Source: Chiloscyllium plagiosum (lineage: Eukaryota). From it: 64,000 nt of DNA. The stretch's first letter is position 1. The number at the start of each line of letters is the position of its first letter. This document shows positions 12,086-26,019 of this stretch, one piece after another. Under the pieces are notes generated by a model. The model saw only the letters and a program-made list of their open reading frames with translations, ran no database searches and was not told the DNA's origin. Where the stretch lies: positions 16,717,394-16,781,393 of the forward strand of contig NC_057720.1 of the NCBI RefSeq assembly GCF_004010195.1, given 5' to 3'. The position numbers and the translations under genes were made by a program.

Positions 12086-13592
12086 GAGTCATATAGCATG
12101 GAAACAGACCCTTCGGTCAACCCTTCTATGGTGACCAGATATCCCAACCCAATCTAGTCCCACCTGCTAGCAACTGGCCCATATCCCTCCAAACCCTTCC
12201 TATTCATATATCCATCCAAATGCCTTTTAAATGTTGCAATTGTACTAGCCTCCACCACTTCCTCTGGCAGCTCATTCCATACATGAACCACTGTCTGAGT
12301 GAAAAGGTTGCCCCTTAGGTCTCTTTTATATCTTTCCCCTCTCACCCTAAACCTATGCCCTCTAGTTCTGGACTCCCCCACCCCAGGGAAAAGAATTAGT
12401 CTATTTATCCTATCCATTACCCTCATAATTTTGTAAACCTCTATAAGGTCACCCCCTCAGCCTCTGATGCTTCAGGGAAAACAGGCCCAAGCCTGTTTAG
12501 CCTCTCCCTCTCACTCAAATCCTCCAACCCTGGCAACATCCTTGTAAATCTTTTCTGAACCCTTTCAAGTTTCACATCATGTTTCCGATAGGAAGGAGAC
12601 CAGAATTGCACGCAATATTCCAACAGTGGTCTAACCAATGTCCTGTACAGCCGCAACATGACCTCCCAACTCCTGTACTCAATACTCTGACCAATAACGG
12701 AAAGCATACCAAACACCTTCTTCACTATCCTATCTACTTGCAACTCCACTTTCAAGTGGACCTTCACTGCAAGGTCTCTTTGTTCAGCAACATTCCTTAG
12801 GACCTTACCATTAAGTGCATAATTCCTGCTAAGATTTGCTTTCCCAAAATGCAGCACCTCGCATTTATTTGAATTAAACTCCATCTGCCACTTTTCAGCC
12901 TATTGGCCCATGTGATCAAGATCCTGTTGTAATCTGAGATAAACTTCTTCGCTGTCCACTATACCTCCAATTTTGGTATCATCTGGAAACTTACTAACTG
13001 TACCTCTTATGCTCACATCCAAATCATTTATGTAAATGACAAAAAGTAGTGGACCCAGCACTGATCCTTGTGGCAGTCCACTGGTCACAGGTTTCCAGTC
13101 TAATATACAACCCTCAACCACCACCCTGTATCTTCTCCCTTTGAGCCAGTTCTGTATCCAAATGGCTAGTTCTCCATGTATTCCGTGAGATCTAACCTTG
13201 CTCCCATGGGAAACCTTGACAAACACCTTACTGAAGTCCATATAGATCACATCTACCACTCTGCCTTCATCAATCCTCATTGTTACTTCTTCAAAAAATT
13301 CAATCAAGTTTGTGAGACATGATTTCCCACTAACAAAGCCATGTTGACTATCCCTAATCAGTCCTTGCCTTTCCAAATACCACATCCCGTCCCTCAAGAT
13401 TCCTTCCAACAACTTGCCCACCACTGACATCAGGCTCACTGGTCTATAGTTCCCTGGCTTGTCCTTATCACCTTTCTTAAACAGTGGCACCATGTTAGCC
13501 AACCTCCAGTCTTCCAGCACCTCACCTGTGACTATCGATGATACAAATATCTCAGCAAGATGCCCAGCAATCACTTCCCTAGTCACCCACAG
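12086..13592 (-). mobile_element. CR1 LINE, RT to 3' end
   Basis: ORFs 12154..12426, 12441..12884, 12900..13586. Confidence 0.93.
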
Positions 13593-14372
13593 AGTTCTGA
13601 AAAATAGCTCTTTATCATTATTGCTGGGCCATTATTGGCACCTGTTATCTTTGCTGTATTTATTCCATGTTGTCAGTGAAATTTTGGAGACCATTAGTGT
13701 TACACCTGCCAATCAACTGCACACATGAAGTGGAAGGATATCATTTCTAAATTTTCAAGTTATTCCTGATCACAATGTAAGTTTGTTCATTAATACCCAG
13801 AGGATAACCATGATGATGCATTGACTCTCAGATTCAGGCCTAGTAATGGATACAACCTAAACTGACTGAATTTAATTTGACTAAATTTTTACTAAATTCA
13901 CTAAGTCTTTAATCTTTCTCTGTATCTCTCTATATTCATATAAATGAATCTGTTCCCTTTCTTTCTTCAGGTCTTATAGAGAGCAATTTACTTTCACTTT
14001 TTCATCTATTTGGGGTTGTGTTTATTTGTTCTCTTTCTTATTCATTTATCTTGTACTCTTAATATTATTCCTTCAAAGGCGTTCCAATTTTTTTTCTTAG
14101 TTTAATGTTTATTTTGTTGAAATCTGAAGACAGATAATCCATAAGATAGAATGGGAAAGAAATGAACTGTGGGGCCCAACTTTGTATCCTATCATTCTGT
14201 GGCATGATATTTGAACTTGATGCCTGGGCACCTTGCCACTGACCGAGGGAAAAAAACACTGACAGTTGCTCAAATCTAAATGTTGAAGTTGTATAACATG
14301 TTGTGAAAGTCATATTGATCCTTGTCTTAGCCATTTTATCAATTAGATCTTATTTTTATGAATTCGTTTTAG

Positions 14373-14505
14373 CTTCTTTACACAGAGAAGAACTTTGTGA
14401 TTTGTTCCCCAACTGGTTCTGGAAAGACTGTACTATTTGAACTCGCCATTGTCAGATTACTGATGCAAGTTCCAAAGCCATGGTCTAATATAAAAATTGT
14501 ATACA
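14373..14505 (+). CDS. HFM1: HFM1 exon, Walker A (LLYTEKNFVICSPTGSGKTVLFELAIVRLLMQVPKPWSNIKIVY)
   Basis: TAG/GTAAG boundaries; PTGSGKT motif I. Confidence 0.97.
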
Positions 14506-14921
14506 GTAAGTTTAATGTAAAGATCAATGGATCTTTTTTCATCTAAAGCAGAATGTTTCGTTTCTATTACAACTTCAGAAACTCAATACACAAAAAAGTA
14601 GATTGGTATATTTTCAATTATTAATTTATCAATTATTAATCTATCAACTAGCTATTTATAACTGAATCTATTAATAAAATGGTTTCTATAACAGTGGTGA
14701 TTTGTACATTAAGATTTGTAAGTAAGACTCACTCAGCAGCAATACAACCAAATCAGTATTTTAACTACCCCAAGAGAGAAGAGTACTTTGCATTGATAAA
14801 GCACATTACTTAATGAGTCAAATAATTCTGAATTCACACAGATTATTGTGAAATATAGGGACTGTCTTGTAGATCGATGTAGTACCAACCTTCTGCACTG
14901 GAAGTTGCCACTAATCATGTT

Positions 14922-15232
14922 ACATAGAAACATAAAAATGGGAGCAGGAGTAGGCTATTCAGTCCTTCAAGTCTGCTTTGCCTTTCAATATGATCATGAA
15001 CAGTACCCTTTTCCTGCTTTCTCCCTCTATCCTCTGATCCCTTTAGCCCTAAGAACTATATCTAACTTCTTGAAAACATTCAATGTTTTGGCCTCAACTG
15101 CTTTCTGTGGCAGAGAATTCCACAGGCTCACTACTCTCTGGGTGAAAACATTTTTCCTTAAATCAGCCCTAAATCCTTATACCAGGATCCCTGTTTCTGT
15201 GAGATTCTCCTCATTCTTCTGAACTCCAGTTA
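14922..15232 (-). mobile_element. CR1 LINE 3' fragment (second subfamily)
   Basis: catagaaacata...ggagcaggagtaggc tail in antisense. Confidence 0.7.
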
Positions 15233-15239
15233 ATATATT

Positions 15240-17850
15240 GATTAATTTATTGTTGTCACATATCAAGATACAGTGAAAAGTAGTGTTTTGCATGCTATAC
15301 AGACAGATGGTATCATACAAAGTGCATCAGGGTAGTAGAACAGCATGCAGAATATATTGTTACAGTTGCAGAGAAGGTGCAAAAAGAGAGATCAGAATTA
15401 ACATTTGAGAGGCCCGTTCAAAAGTCTGACAAAAGCAGGGAAGATGCTGTTTTTGAATCTGTTCGTATATGCATACAAACTTATACATCTTCTACCTGAT
15501 GGAAGTGGGTGGATAAGAGTATAACTAGGAGGGGAGAACTTTGTTTATGTTGGTTGCTTTCCTGAGACAACGGCAAGTATAAATGGAATCAACAGATGGA
15601 AGGCTGGTTTGCATGATGCATTTGGTTGTGTTCACAACTCTTGTGATCTTGGGAACAGCATTTGAGATATCATGCTGTGATGCATCCAGACAGGATGTTT
15701 TCTATGGTGCATCTGTAAAAATTGGGAAGAGACTTGTGGACATGCCGAATTTACTTAGCCTCCTGAAGATGTACAAGCATTATTGTGCTTTCTTGATCGT
15801 TGTGTTGATGTTGGTTGACCAGGACAGATTGTTGGTGATTATCACTCCCAGGAACTTGATGCTGTTTACCATGTCCACCTCAGCAGAAATGATGCAGACA
15901 GGAGCGTGCCATCCAATCTGCTTCCTGAAATCAATGACCACACTTTTGTTTTGACATTGATGGAGAGATTGTTGTCTTTGTGCTATGTCTCTCTCTGAGT
16001 GCTATATTCAAAACTCAGTCTCTCTCCTGTATTGTGAGTCATTGTTGTTTGAGATCCGATCTATAACAATGGTGTCATCTGCAAACTTGTAAATGGGGTT
16101 CGAGCAAATTTTGGACGCACAGTTGTGAGTGTATAAGAAGTATAGTAGGGGGCTGAGTATGCAGCCTTGTGGGGCACTGGTATTGAGGATTATGATGAAG
16201 GAGGTGTGGTCACCTACACTTACTGATTGCAGTCTGTGGGTCAGGAAGTTGAGGATCCAGTTACAGAGGGGGAAGCCGGCACTTAGGTCTCAGAGTTTAA
16301 AGATGAGTTTATTTGGAATTATGGTATTGAAGGTGGAACTGTCGGCAATAAGTGGGAGCCTAACATAGGTATCCTTGTTATCAGATATTCCAGGGTTGAG
16401 TGTAGGGCCAGAGAGAAGGTGTCTTCTATGGACCTATTGCATCAGTAGGTGAATTTCAAGGATCAAGGCAATTTGGCAGGCTGATTTGAAACGAGATATG
16501 ACTAATCTCTTGAAACACTTCATAATTATGAAGGCCAGAGCCACTGGGCGATAGTCGTTAAGACACGCTGAATGATTTTTCTTTGGCACTAGGATAATCG
16601 TTGTATTCTTGAAGCAGGTGAGGACTTCAGATCATAGGAGAGGTTAAAGATGTCTGTGAATATTCCCGCGAGCTGGTCTACACAGAATCTGAGTGCTGTG
16701 ACTCTATCCGGGCCAGTCACTTTCTGTGAGTTCAATTTAAAGAAGGCCAATCCAAGGTTGCAGTGACCATGAGTACACATGTATCTGAGGCTGTTGGGAT
16801 AGGTGACATCGTTTCACTGATCTTCTTTCAAAGCGAGCATAAAATGCATTGAACTTAGCAGGTAGGGATGTACTGTTGCCTACGATTCTGTTCAAATTTG
16901 CTTTGTAGCTCGTTATGTCATTTAAGTCTTGGCGCAAATGATTGGTGTCTGTGTGCTTGAGCTGAGTCTCAAAGCTGGTATTGCCTCTTGGCATCTCTAA
17001 TGGCCTTTTGAAGCTTGTATCTACATTTCCAGTATAGGCCAGGATTGCTTGACTTGTATGCCTCAGATCTAGACTTAATAAGGAATGGGTCTCCGGCATC
17101 ATACATGATTTCCAGTTGGGGAACATTGGGATTAACTTCTTAGGCACACAGTCTGCTACATACTTATTAATGAAGTCTGTAATGATATTGGCATGTTCAT
17201 TTAGGTTGGCTGCTGAGTTCTTGAATATGGACTCATCCACTGACCCTAAGCAGTTCCATAGAAGCCCTTCTGTTATCTCAGACGAGCACTGCACTACTTT
17301 CTGTTCTGGGTCTTCATGTTTCAATTTCTGCTTGTATGCTGGGAGGAGGAGTACTGTGTTTTGATCTGAGTTTCCAAAATGCAGATGGGAGAATGGAACG
17401 GTAGGCATCTCTGATGGTTGTATAGCAATGTTCAGACCTCTGGTGGGACAGGAAACATGTTGATGGTATTTTGGTAACACGTTCTTGAGGTTGGTCTGGT
17501 TGAAGTCACTGGCTACGATGAACAAACGCTCCTGTCTATAGACTGTTTGGAGCGTTGTATACTTCTTCAAGTGCACTCTTCACTTCTGCATGGGGTGGAA
17601 TGTACACAATTGTCAGGATAGTGGAGATGAACTTGCACAGCTGAGAGTAGGGACAGCACTTTACTGTAAACTATTCTAGTCTGTGGAGCAGTAACTCACC
17701 AGGTTGCCACGTCTGAGCAGCAGGAATTGTTGATTAGGAGGCAGACTCCACAGCCCGTGGCCTTGCCCAAGGATGCCAAGCAGTCCATTCAGTGCACTGA
17801 GAAACCTTCAGGTTGTAAGGTATAGTCAGGTGTAGCAGGACTGAACCATG
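15240..17850 (-). mobile_element. Decayed Rex1/Babar-like LINE (endonuclease + RT)
   Basis: ORF 16737..17576 (FIVASDFNQTNLKNVLPKYHQHVSCPTRG...HLHFGNSD); 16589..16780 (CVDQLAGIFTDIFNLS). Confidence 0.75.
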
Positions 17851-17851
17851 T

Positions 17852-18216
17852 CATAAAGTCATCGAGATGTACAGCATGGAAACAGACCCTTCAGTCGAAC
17901 TCGTCCATGGCAACCAGATATCTTAATCTAATCTACTCCCATTTGCCAACACTTGGCTCATATCCCTTCCTATTCATATACCCATCCAGATACCTTTTAA
18001 ATGTTGTAATTGTACCAGCCTCCACTACTTCCTCTGGCAGCTCATTCCATACATGCACCATCCTCTGCTTGAGAAAGTTGCCCCTTAGGTCTCTTTTAAA
18101 TTTTTCCCCTCTCGCCCTAAATCTATGCCCTCTAGTTCTGGACTTTCCCACCTCAGGGAAAATACTTTGCCTGTTTACCTTATTCATGCTTCTCATGATC
18201 TTGTAAACCTCTATAA
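17852..18216 (-). mobile_element. CR1 3' fragment
   Basis: ORF 17933..18268 and 3' UTR. Confidence 0.85.
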
Positions 18217-18264
18217 AACAGAGCACCCAGCAGTCTGTCAATTCCCTTTGAAATATAGTCCTAA

Positions 18265-19505
18265 CCATAAGACATAGGAGCAGAAGTTAGGCTATTCAGC
18301 CCATCGAGTCTGCTCTGCCATTCAATCATGGATGATAGGTTTCTCAATCCCATTCTTCAGTTTTCCCCCCATAACCCTTTATCCCCTTGACAATCAAGAA
18401 CCTACCTATTTCAGTCTTAAATGCACACAATGACCTGGCATCACCAGTCTTCTGTAGCAATGAATTCCATAGATTCACTCTCTGGCTGAAGAAGTTTCTC
18501 ATTATCTCTAAAAGGTTTTTTTTAGATTAGATTACTTACAGTATGGAAACAGGCCCTTTAGCCCAACAAGTCGACACTGACACACAACCCACCCAGACCC
18601 ATTCTCCTACATGTTACACCTAACACTACAGGCAATTTAACATGGCCAATTCACTTAACCTGCACATTTTTGGACTGTGGGAGGAAATGGGAGCACCCGG
18701 CGGAAACCCACGCAGACACGGGGAGAATGTGCAAACTCCATACAGTCAGTCACCTGAGGTAGGAATTGAACCCCGGTCTCTGGCGCTGTGAGGCAGCAGT
18801 GCTAACCACTGTGCCACCGTGCCGCCCACTTTCTTTTAAGGCTGTGCCCTCATCTCTTCTACCAATGGAAACATTTTCCCAATATCCACTCTGTCCAGGC
18901 CATTCAATATTCTGTATGTTTCAATCAGATCCCACCTTAATCCTTCTAAACTCCATTGAGTATAACGCCAGAGTCATCAAACATTCCTTTTCATTCCTGG
19001 GACTATTCTCGTGAACCTCCTCTGAAGATGCTCCAGAGCCAGTACATTCTTCCTGAGATATGATGCCCAAAACTGCACAAAATACTCCAAATGTGGTCTG
19101 ACCAGAGCATTACAGAGCCTCAGAAGTACATCCCTGCTTGTACATTCAAGTCCTCTTAAAATAAATGCTATTATTGCATTTGCCTTCCGAACGATTGATT
19201 CAACCTGCAAGTTTACCGTGAGAGAATCCTGGACTAAAACTCCCAAGTCTCTTTGTACTTCAGACTTCTGAATTTTCTCCCCATTTAGAAAATAGTCCTC
19301 TATTCTTCCTACCAAAGTGCATGACCTCTTACTTTCCCACATTAAACTCCAACTGCCATGTCTTTGCCCAACCTCCTAACTTGTTCAAATCCTTCTGCAG
19401 CCTCCCACCTCCTCAATGCTACCTGTCCCTCTACCTATCTTTGTATCATCTGCATACGTAGTTAGAATGTCTTCAGTTCCACCATCTAGATCGTTAATGT
19501 ATAAA
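18265..19505 (-). mobile_element. CR1 LINE with nested HE1 SINE
   Basis: ORF 18977..19342; SINE at 18522-18827. Confidence 0.85.
18522..18827 (-). mobile_element. HE1-type SINE
   Basis: tRNA head (antisense ...taaccactgtgccaccgtgccgccc), core, (TTAGA)n tail. Confidence 0.9.
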
Positions 19506-19865
19506 CCAATCCAATCTCTTAGTCCTGTCATCCCACAAATCAGTCTAGTAAACCTTTATTGCATTCCCTCCAAATCCAAAACATCTTTCCTCAGATAAGG
19601 AAACCAGAAACACAACACACCCAATGTGGTCTCACAAAGCTCTGTGCAATTGCAGGAAGATATCCCTGCTCCTGTATTTGAATCCTCTTGCTACGAAGCC
19701 CAACATGCCATTTGCCTTCTTCACCGCCTGCTGCACTTGGATGCTTCATTCCAGCTACTGGTGTACAAGGCCACTTTGGTCTGTTTTGCACCTCCTCCTT
19801 CCCCAGTCTGCCAGAATTCAGATAATTATCTTCTTTGCTGCTTTTGCTACCAACATGGATAATCT

Positions 19866-20455
19866 CAAACAAAAACAGAAATTGCTGGAAAAGCTCAGCA
19901 GGTCTGGAAGCATCTGTCGAGAGAAATCAGAGTTATTGTTTCGAGCTGAGTGATCCTGCTGTGGGCAGCCCAGTGGCTCAGTGATTATCACTGCTGTCTC
20001 ACACCACCAGGGATCCAGGTTCAATTTCACCCTTGGGTGACTGTGTGGAGTTTGCTCATTCTCACTTTGTTTGTGTGGGTTTCTGCTGGATGCTGTGGTT
20101 TCCTCCTACAGTCCAAAAGATGTGCAGGCGAGGTGGATTGGCCATGCTAAATTGCTATAGTGTCCAGGGGTGTGCTGGCTCGGTGGATTGGTGATAGAAA
20201 ATGCAGGGATGGAGTGGGGGAAAGGTCTGGGGACGATACTGTTTGGAGAGTAGCAATATGGACTCAATGGGCTGAGTGGCCTGCTTCCACACTGTAAGGA
20301 TTCTGTGATTCTTCAGAACTTGGAGGAAGGGTCACTCGACCCAAAATGTTAACTCTAGTTTCTCTCCACAGATTTCACCAGACCTGTTGACTTTTCCAAC
20401 AATTTTTGTTTTCGTTTCTGATTTACTGCATCCACAATTCTTATAGTTTTTATTT
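19866..20455. mobile_element. Fold-back Penelope-derived element (family B) in a CR1 fragment, with a SINE in its centre
   Basis: TSD TGGATAATCT at 19856-19865 and 20456-20465; hammerhead relic GGAGGA-A-GGGTC-ACTC-GACCC-AAAATGTTAAC near 20322-20353. Confidence 0.75.
19962..20308 (+). mobile_element. HE1-type SINE
   Basis: gggcagcccagtggctcagtg head to ccacactgtaaggattct tail. Confidence 0.85.
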
Positions 20456-21502
20456 TGGATAATCTTAATTTTATCCACACTACTTCATCTGCCGTGCATT
20501 CGCACACTCATTCTACTTGGAAAAAATCACACTGAAGCATGTCTGCACACTACTCACAGACAGCTTTGTGTCATTTGAAAACATGGAGCCGTCGTATTTA
20601 CATTGGGTTGAATTAATGGATAATTTTAGTTGAACAATTAGTTGATTGAGAACTGTTCCTGAGAGTAGAATAACTCCATCTTAAAAGTCTTTAAGTCCAC
20701 CTGAACTGCCAGCTGTGCCTCAGTTTAACATCTCCGCTCAAGTTTGGTGCTTGGAACAATGCAAAGCTCTTTTCTACCACAATCACTGTAACTATAAATG
20801 ATTCTTACTAGGAATTTATTTCCCAATAAACGGAGCTCTTTGATTACATTTATTCCATCACTTCAAACTGCAAAAGAAATTAAATATTTCCAATTTTATT
20901 TATTTCTTAACTAAACTTTCTATCAGGATAGTTGATTTATATATTGTTACATGTATGTCTGGATATATTGTTACATGTATGTATGGAAAACACAAACTTG
21001 TAAACATAATGAAGGATTTTAAATCTTGCTGTGCAGGATTAGCATGCATCTTATTGCACTTGCCCAGATCTTCAATCTCTATTTTAGGTGACATTGAACG
21101 ATTTATTCTAAACTAGAAAAATTGCAATTAAAATAAAATAAAGTATTTGAACAAATACTTCTGTTTGTGTACCGATAAGAAATAACACAGTTTCAAGACC
21201 CAAATAAAGAGTTATTGACCAACATGAATGTTACATATCATAACTTGGTCAGTAGATATTATCAAAATAACATACATTAAAAACTCAATCAAGCTTGTTG
21301 AGAAACACAGTCTGGTGGCATCCATGTTTAATCAATTGGTTAAATAATTCTTAAGTTGCCAAATCGACTTAAGCAAACTGAAATTTATGTCAATTTCAGA
21401 AGGTGAAATTTTGCTTGTATGTGTCACTGTTTCCCATTTTAAGGACATACTTCGCCCTTCTGTTAGGAACCACGACGTGACTCATAAGCTGAGTTGGACA
21501 AT

Positions 21503-21594
21503 TTGAAGAAGGGCTTATGCCCAAAACGTCGATTCTCTTGCTCCTTGGATGCTGCCTGACCTGCTGCGCTTTTCAAGCAACACATATTTCAACT
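21503..21594 (+). mobile_element. Family A hammerhead-bearing short element (mutated core)
   Basis: ttgaagaagggcttatgcccaaaacgtcgattctc... Confidence 0.75.
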
Positions 21595-22090
21595 TGTTCT
21601 ATGAGTTTGGCTAATATGAATTCTGTAACCAGCTGGCAAATGAAAATTGCAAATAAACTGTATTGAATGCCCTGCCATTGTTATCACGTTTCCTTCCATC
21701 TTGTGAAAAAAACCTACATAGTTTCTACCAATTATTACTGTTTAACTATTTGACTGATATCAAGAACTTGACCTTTTGATTTGAGCTTATTGTTTTTACT
21801 AGTTTGAGGTAAAATGTTATTTTTAACAAACATTGAAATAATTTACTGTACTTTTCTTGCTCTGACAATTTAGGACAATTTTCACAAACCTATTAGTAAT
21901 TAACCTGCCCCTTTGAGACTTGTTAGAGGTAGGGTAAAACATGTAATTTGGAGAATAATACAAATTGGGTAAAATAATATAGTGAGCAATAAGCTTATTG
22001 TGTATTTTGTGTTAATTTTACAGGAAACTTGTCCAATTTGTTTCCATGGCTCTTCTTTATAGTATGTGATGAAACCTTTTGTTTTCTTAG

Positions 22091-22242
22091 TGGCTCCAAT
22101 CAAAGCTTTATGTAATCAGCGAAGTGAAGATTGGAAAGAAAAGTTTGGACCTATTGGACTGAACTGTAAAGAACTAACTGGAGACACAGAGATGGATGAC
22201 TATTTTGAAATTCAGGACACTCATATTATCATAACTACTCCC
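22091..22242 (+). CDS. HFM1: HFM1 exon, motifs Ia/Ib (APIKALCNQRSEDWKEKFGPIGLNCKELTGDT...IIITTP)
   Basis: Inside ORF 22066..22275; AG/GT boundaries; phase compatible. Confidence 0.97.
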
Positions 22243-22329
22243 GTAGGTATCTGTCCTGAACAACTCAATAAATAGTATGAAATTTTATAAAATGTGAAAT
22301 GTGATGCATGCTTCAGTCCAATTAAGGAA

Positions 22330-23980
22330 GAGGCCAGGCTAGACCAGGTATTGGGGAATGAGCCTAGATAGGTGATAGAAGTTTCAAGGGAGAGTATTTT
22401 TGGATCATAATTCTGTTAGCTTTAAGTTACTCTATAAGGATAAGAGTAGTCCTTGCGTGAAAGTACTAAACTGGGTGGGAAGGCTCATTACCACAATATT
22501 GGGCAGGAACTGGGTAATGTAGATTGGTGGTGATTGTTTGAGGATAAATCCATATCTGGCATGTGGGGATTTTTTTAAAAGACCAGTCGATTAGAGTTCA
22601 GGACCAGCATGTCCCTGTAAAAATGACAGAAAATGATGGCAAGAATTGGGAACCTTGGATGACCAGAGAAATTGAGAGTTTAGTCAAAAAGAAAAAGACA
22701 TAAAAATGATTTAGGAAATTAAAAGCAGACAGAGCCCTCAAAGAATACAAAGATAGCAGGTAAGAACTCAAAAAAAGAAATGAGGAGAGCTAAAAGGGGC
22801 CATGAAAAATCTTAAGCAGACAGGAATGAGGAAAATCCCAAGGTGTCTTATACATAAATAAGGAGCAGGAGTGTAGTTAGGGAAATAGTGTGACAACTCA
22901 AAGACATAGGATGGAATATATGTGTGGAGCCAGAGGAAGTGGCTTATGTCCTTAATAAATACTTTTCATCAGTATTCACAAAGGAGAAGAACATGGTGAA
23001 TGATGAATCTCGAGAGGGGCATATTGATATTCTATGTCATGTCAACATGTAAAAGGAAGCGGTGTTGGGGTTTTTAAAAAAAAATTAAGGTAGACAAGTC
23101 CTCAGGACCTAATGAGATCTATCTGAGAAGGAAACAAGTGAGGAAGTTGCTGTGACCTTGTATGAACTCTTTGTATCCTTTTTAGCCACAGCAGATGTCC
23201 TAGAGGACTGGAGAATATCTGGCATTTTTCCTTTGTTTAAGAAGGGCAACAAGGTAATCCAGGAAATTACAGGCTGGTGATCTTTACATCAGAGGTAGAG
23301 AAATTATTGGAGAAAATTTTTAGGGATAGGATTTACTCATATTTGGAAAAATATAGACTTATTAGTGATAGGCAGCATGGCTTTGTGCAAAGAAGGTCAT
23401 GTCTCACAAACCTGATTGAGATTTTTGAGGAAGTGACAAAGGTGAAGATAGGGTGGTAGATATTATCTATATGGACTTTAACAAGGCCTTTGACAAGGTC
23501 CTTCATGCTAGGCTGATAGGTGAATTCACATGGGATCCACAATAAGCTGGCAAGATGGATAGTCATAGAAGATAGATAATAATGGTGGAAGGGTGTTTTT
23601 CTGACAGGAGACCTGTGACCAGTGGGATCAGTGCTGGTACCCCTGTTGTTTGTAATATATAGAAATAGTTGGAGCAGAATATAGCTGGCCTGATTAGTAA
23701 GTTTGCAATGACATAAAGATTGGGGGAGCTATGGATAGTGAAGAGGATTGGCAGAGGATACAGCTGGATGTAGATAGCCTAGAGACTTGGGCAGACCAAT
23801 GACATATGGAGTTTAATTTGGACAAAAGCAAGGTGATGCATTTTGGGATATCTAATGCAGGAGGGAAGTATAAAGTAAATGGCAGAATCCTTAATAACAT
23901 AGACAGGGACCTAAGCGTACAGATCCACAGTTCCCTGAAAGTAGTCACACAAGTGGATAAGGTGGTCAAGAAGGCCTTCA
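22330..23980 (+). mobile_element. Decayed CR1 ORF2
   Basis: ORFs 23277..23459 and 23806..24018. Confidence 0.85.
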
Positions 23981-24575
23981 ACCTGACCAATCCCAATCTA
24001 CTCTTAATCATCACATGATTGAGGTGTGTAAGATTGTGAAGGTTATGGACAGGTTGAATGGAGAGCAGCTGCGAAAAAAAATCAAGTTTGTCAAATCTCT
24101 CCTCATAACTAACACCCTCCAAACCAGACAAATCCTGGTAAACCATTTCTGTACCCTCTCCAAACCCTCCACAACCTTCTGGTAGTGTGGCCTGCTTTTG
24201 GTGGATAGTACATACCTGGGCAACTTTCCACTTTGCCTCAAAAAATGTCATCATTGTACTTGGACTGGTACAACTTTGCTGGAGTCGCAACCAGTTCTGG
24301 AGCACAAGAGTTCATTACAATTGCCATAAGGTTGTCAGGGCCCAGCCATTTTACTCCACATGATGTCAAGAACTGTATTGGTTGAAGACTAGCATCTGTA
24401 ATGCTGGGGACTTCGTGAGGAAGCTGAAGTGGAGCATTCACTTGTTTGCACCCATTTGACAAAATTAAATTTACTCCAAGAAGTTTATCAGTTTTCCTTT
24501 CAAAAGTTATAAGACGTGCACTTTGTCTAGTCGTGTGTTTGGCCATTTGTGTTCAGTTTGTAAATTTGTTTTAAG

Positions 24576-24653
24576 GAAAAATGGGACACCATGACGAGAA
24601 AATGGAGAGATAATTCATTAGTACAGCTTGTGAGACTTTTCCTTATTGATGAG
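24576..24653 (+). CDS. HFM1: HFM1 exon (EKWDTMTRKWRDNSLVQLVRLFLIDE)
   Basis: AAG/GTAAG boundaries; first half of DEVH box. Confidence 0.97.
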
Positions 24654-24849
24654 GTAAGGGCTAAATCATATCTATATTGTGAAATTATAGTTCACTCTCT
24701 TTTGATTTGATTAGCAATGTTTTTAACTTCGAAGGAACTTTGGACATTCAGAATGCAAATATATTTTAAAGATAATGCATGTTATTTGTTTCCATGAAAT
24801 TTTTAGGACTACTTATGCATTTTCAAATAACAAGTGTTTATAATTCTAG

Positions 24850-25008
24850 GTACATGTTGTGAAAGATGAATGTCGTGGTGCAACTCTTGAAGTTGTAGTC
24901 AGCCGAATGAAAACAGCTCAGTTAGCTGTCTCACGTATGTCTAATCAGTTCAATGATAAGGCACTGAGATTTGTAGCAGTTTCTGCAACAATTCCTAATG
25001 TTGAGGAT
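24850..25008 (+). CDS. HFM1: HFM1 exon (VHVVKDECRGATLEVVVSRMK...FVAVSATIPNVED)
   Basis: Completes DEVH; motif III SAT; TAG/GTAAG. Confidence 0.97.
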
Positions 25009-25110
25009 GTAAGTTTATCCACATCACATCAGATAAAATTAATGTGCTGAAATTTTGCTTGATGTCCATGAACAGTTTGTATTTGTGCATCTTTTGTTCT
25101 ACTTCCTAAG

Positions 25111-25311
25111 ATTGCAGAATGGTTATCAGATGGAAAAGGACCAGGAACTGCCACGAAGATAGATGAAAGCTTTCGACCAGTAAAGCTCCGCAAAGTTGTA
25201 CTTGGATTTCCTTGCTCCAGTACTCAAACTGAATTCAAGTTTGACCTATCACTTAATTACAAAATGGCTAACATTATACAGACATATTCTGAGCAGAAAC
25301 CTGCTCTGGTG
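25111..25311 (+). CDS. HFM1: HFM1 exon (IAEWLSDG...RPVKLRKVVLGFPCSSTQTEFKFDLSLNYK...KPALV)
   Basis: Open frame, AG/GT boundaries, matches recalled HFM1. Confidence 0.96.
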
Positions 25312-25404
25312 GTATTTATTATTTTAATTCTGATTCACTTCCATTATCTTCAAGGTACAGTTTTTAAATGTGGTTTTGAAAGTGTGTTTTTTTCAAACTT
25401 TCAG

Positions 25405-25493
25405 TTTTGTGCTACAAGGAAAGGTGTGCAACAGGCTGCATCCGTACTTGCAAAGGATGCCAAATTCGTCATGACCCCAGATCATAAGCAAAG
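25405..25493 (+). CDS. HFM1: HFM1 exon, motif IV (FCATRKGVQQAASVLAKDAKFVMTPDHKQR)
   Basis: CAG/GT boundaries. Confidence 0.96.
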
Positions 25494-26019
25494 GTAGTAT
25501 TTTTCTCCTGAATCATATTGAAGCAAAGACTTGAAGTTTAGTACAGTGAACTTACAAATTTTTGAACTTGGAAAAAATTTTGAACTTTAATACAACACCG
25601 AAATATTTTGATGTACTAAAATCGTAAATAAATACAGATATATTAAAGTCACCTTCTAATAACTCTGGGCTATATTTTGGGACTAGTTGTTCATAATATC
25701 AAAATAGTATGTTAAGTAGTCAAAAGAAACTGGCATGATCAGAACTTAAGGCAAATATTTACTTACTATCACAATAACTATTCCTACATCTAGTATTTTA
25801 ATGACAGGTAATATAGATAAACTACTTTAGAGCAAGTGGTTTGTTTCAGCAACTTTTTCTGGAAACAGCTGTGCTTTTAAGTTTTCTTTTTGCTTATGAG
25901 GATGCATTTTGCATAGAAATAAGCTTTTTTAAAAAATCTAATGGGATGAGGAAGATCATGCACAAATTTAAATGGAAAAGCCATTGTTGGTCAGGTTGAT
26001 TATTCCTTTAACTCCCATC

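Noticed and set aside
20939..20982. 20-bp direct repeat with 24-bp period
   Set aside because: Simple slippage duplication with no sign of function
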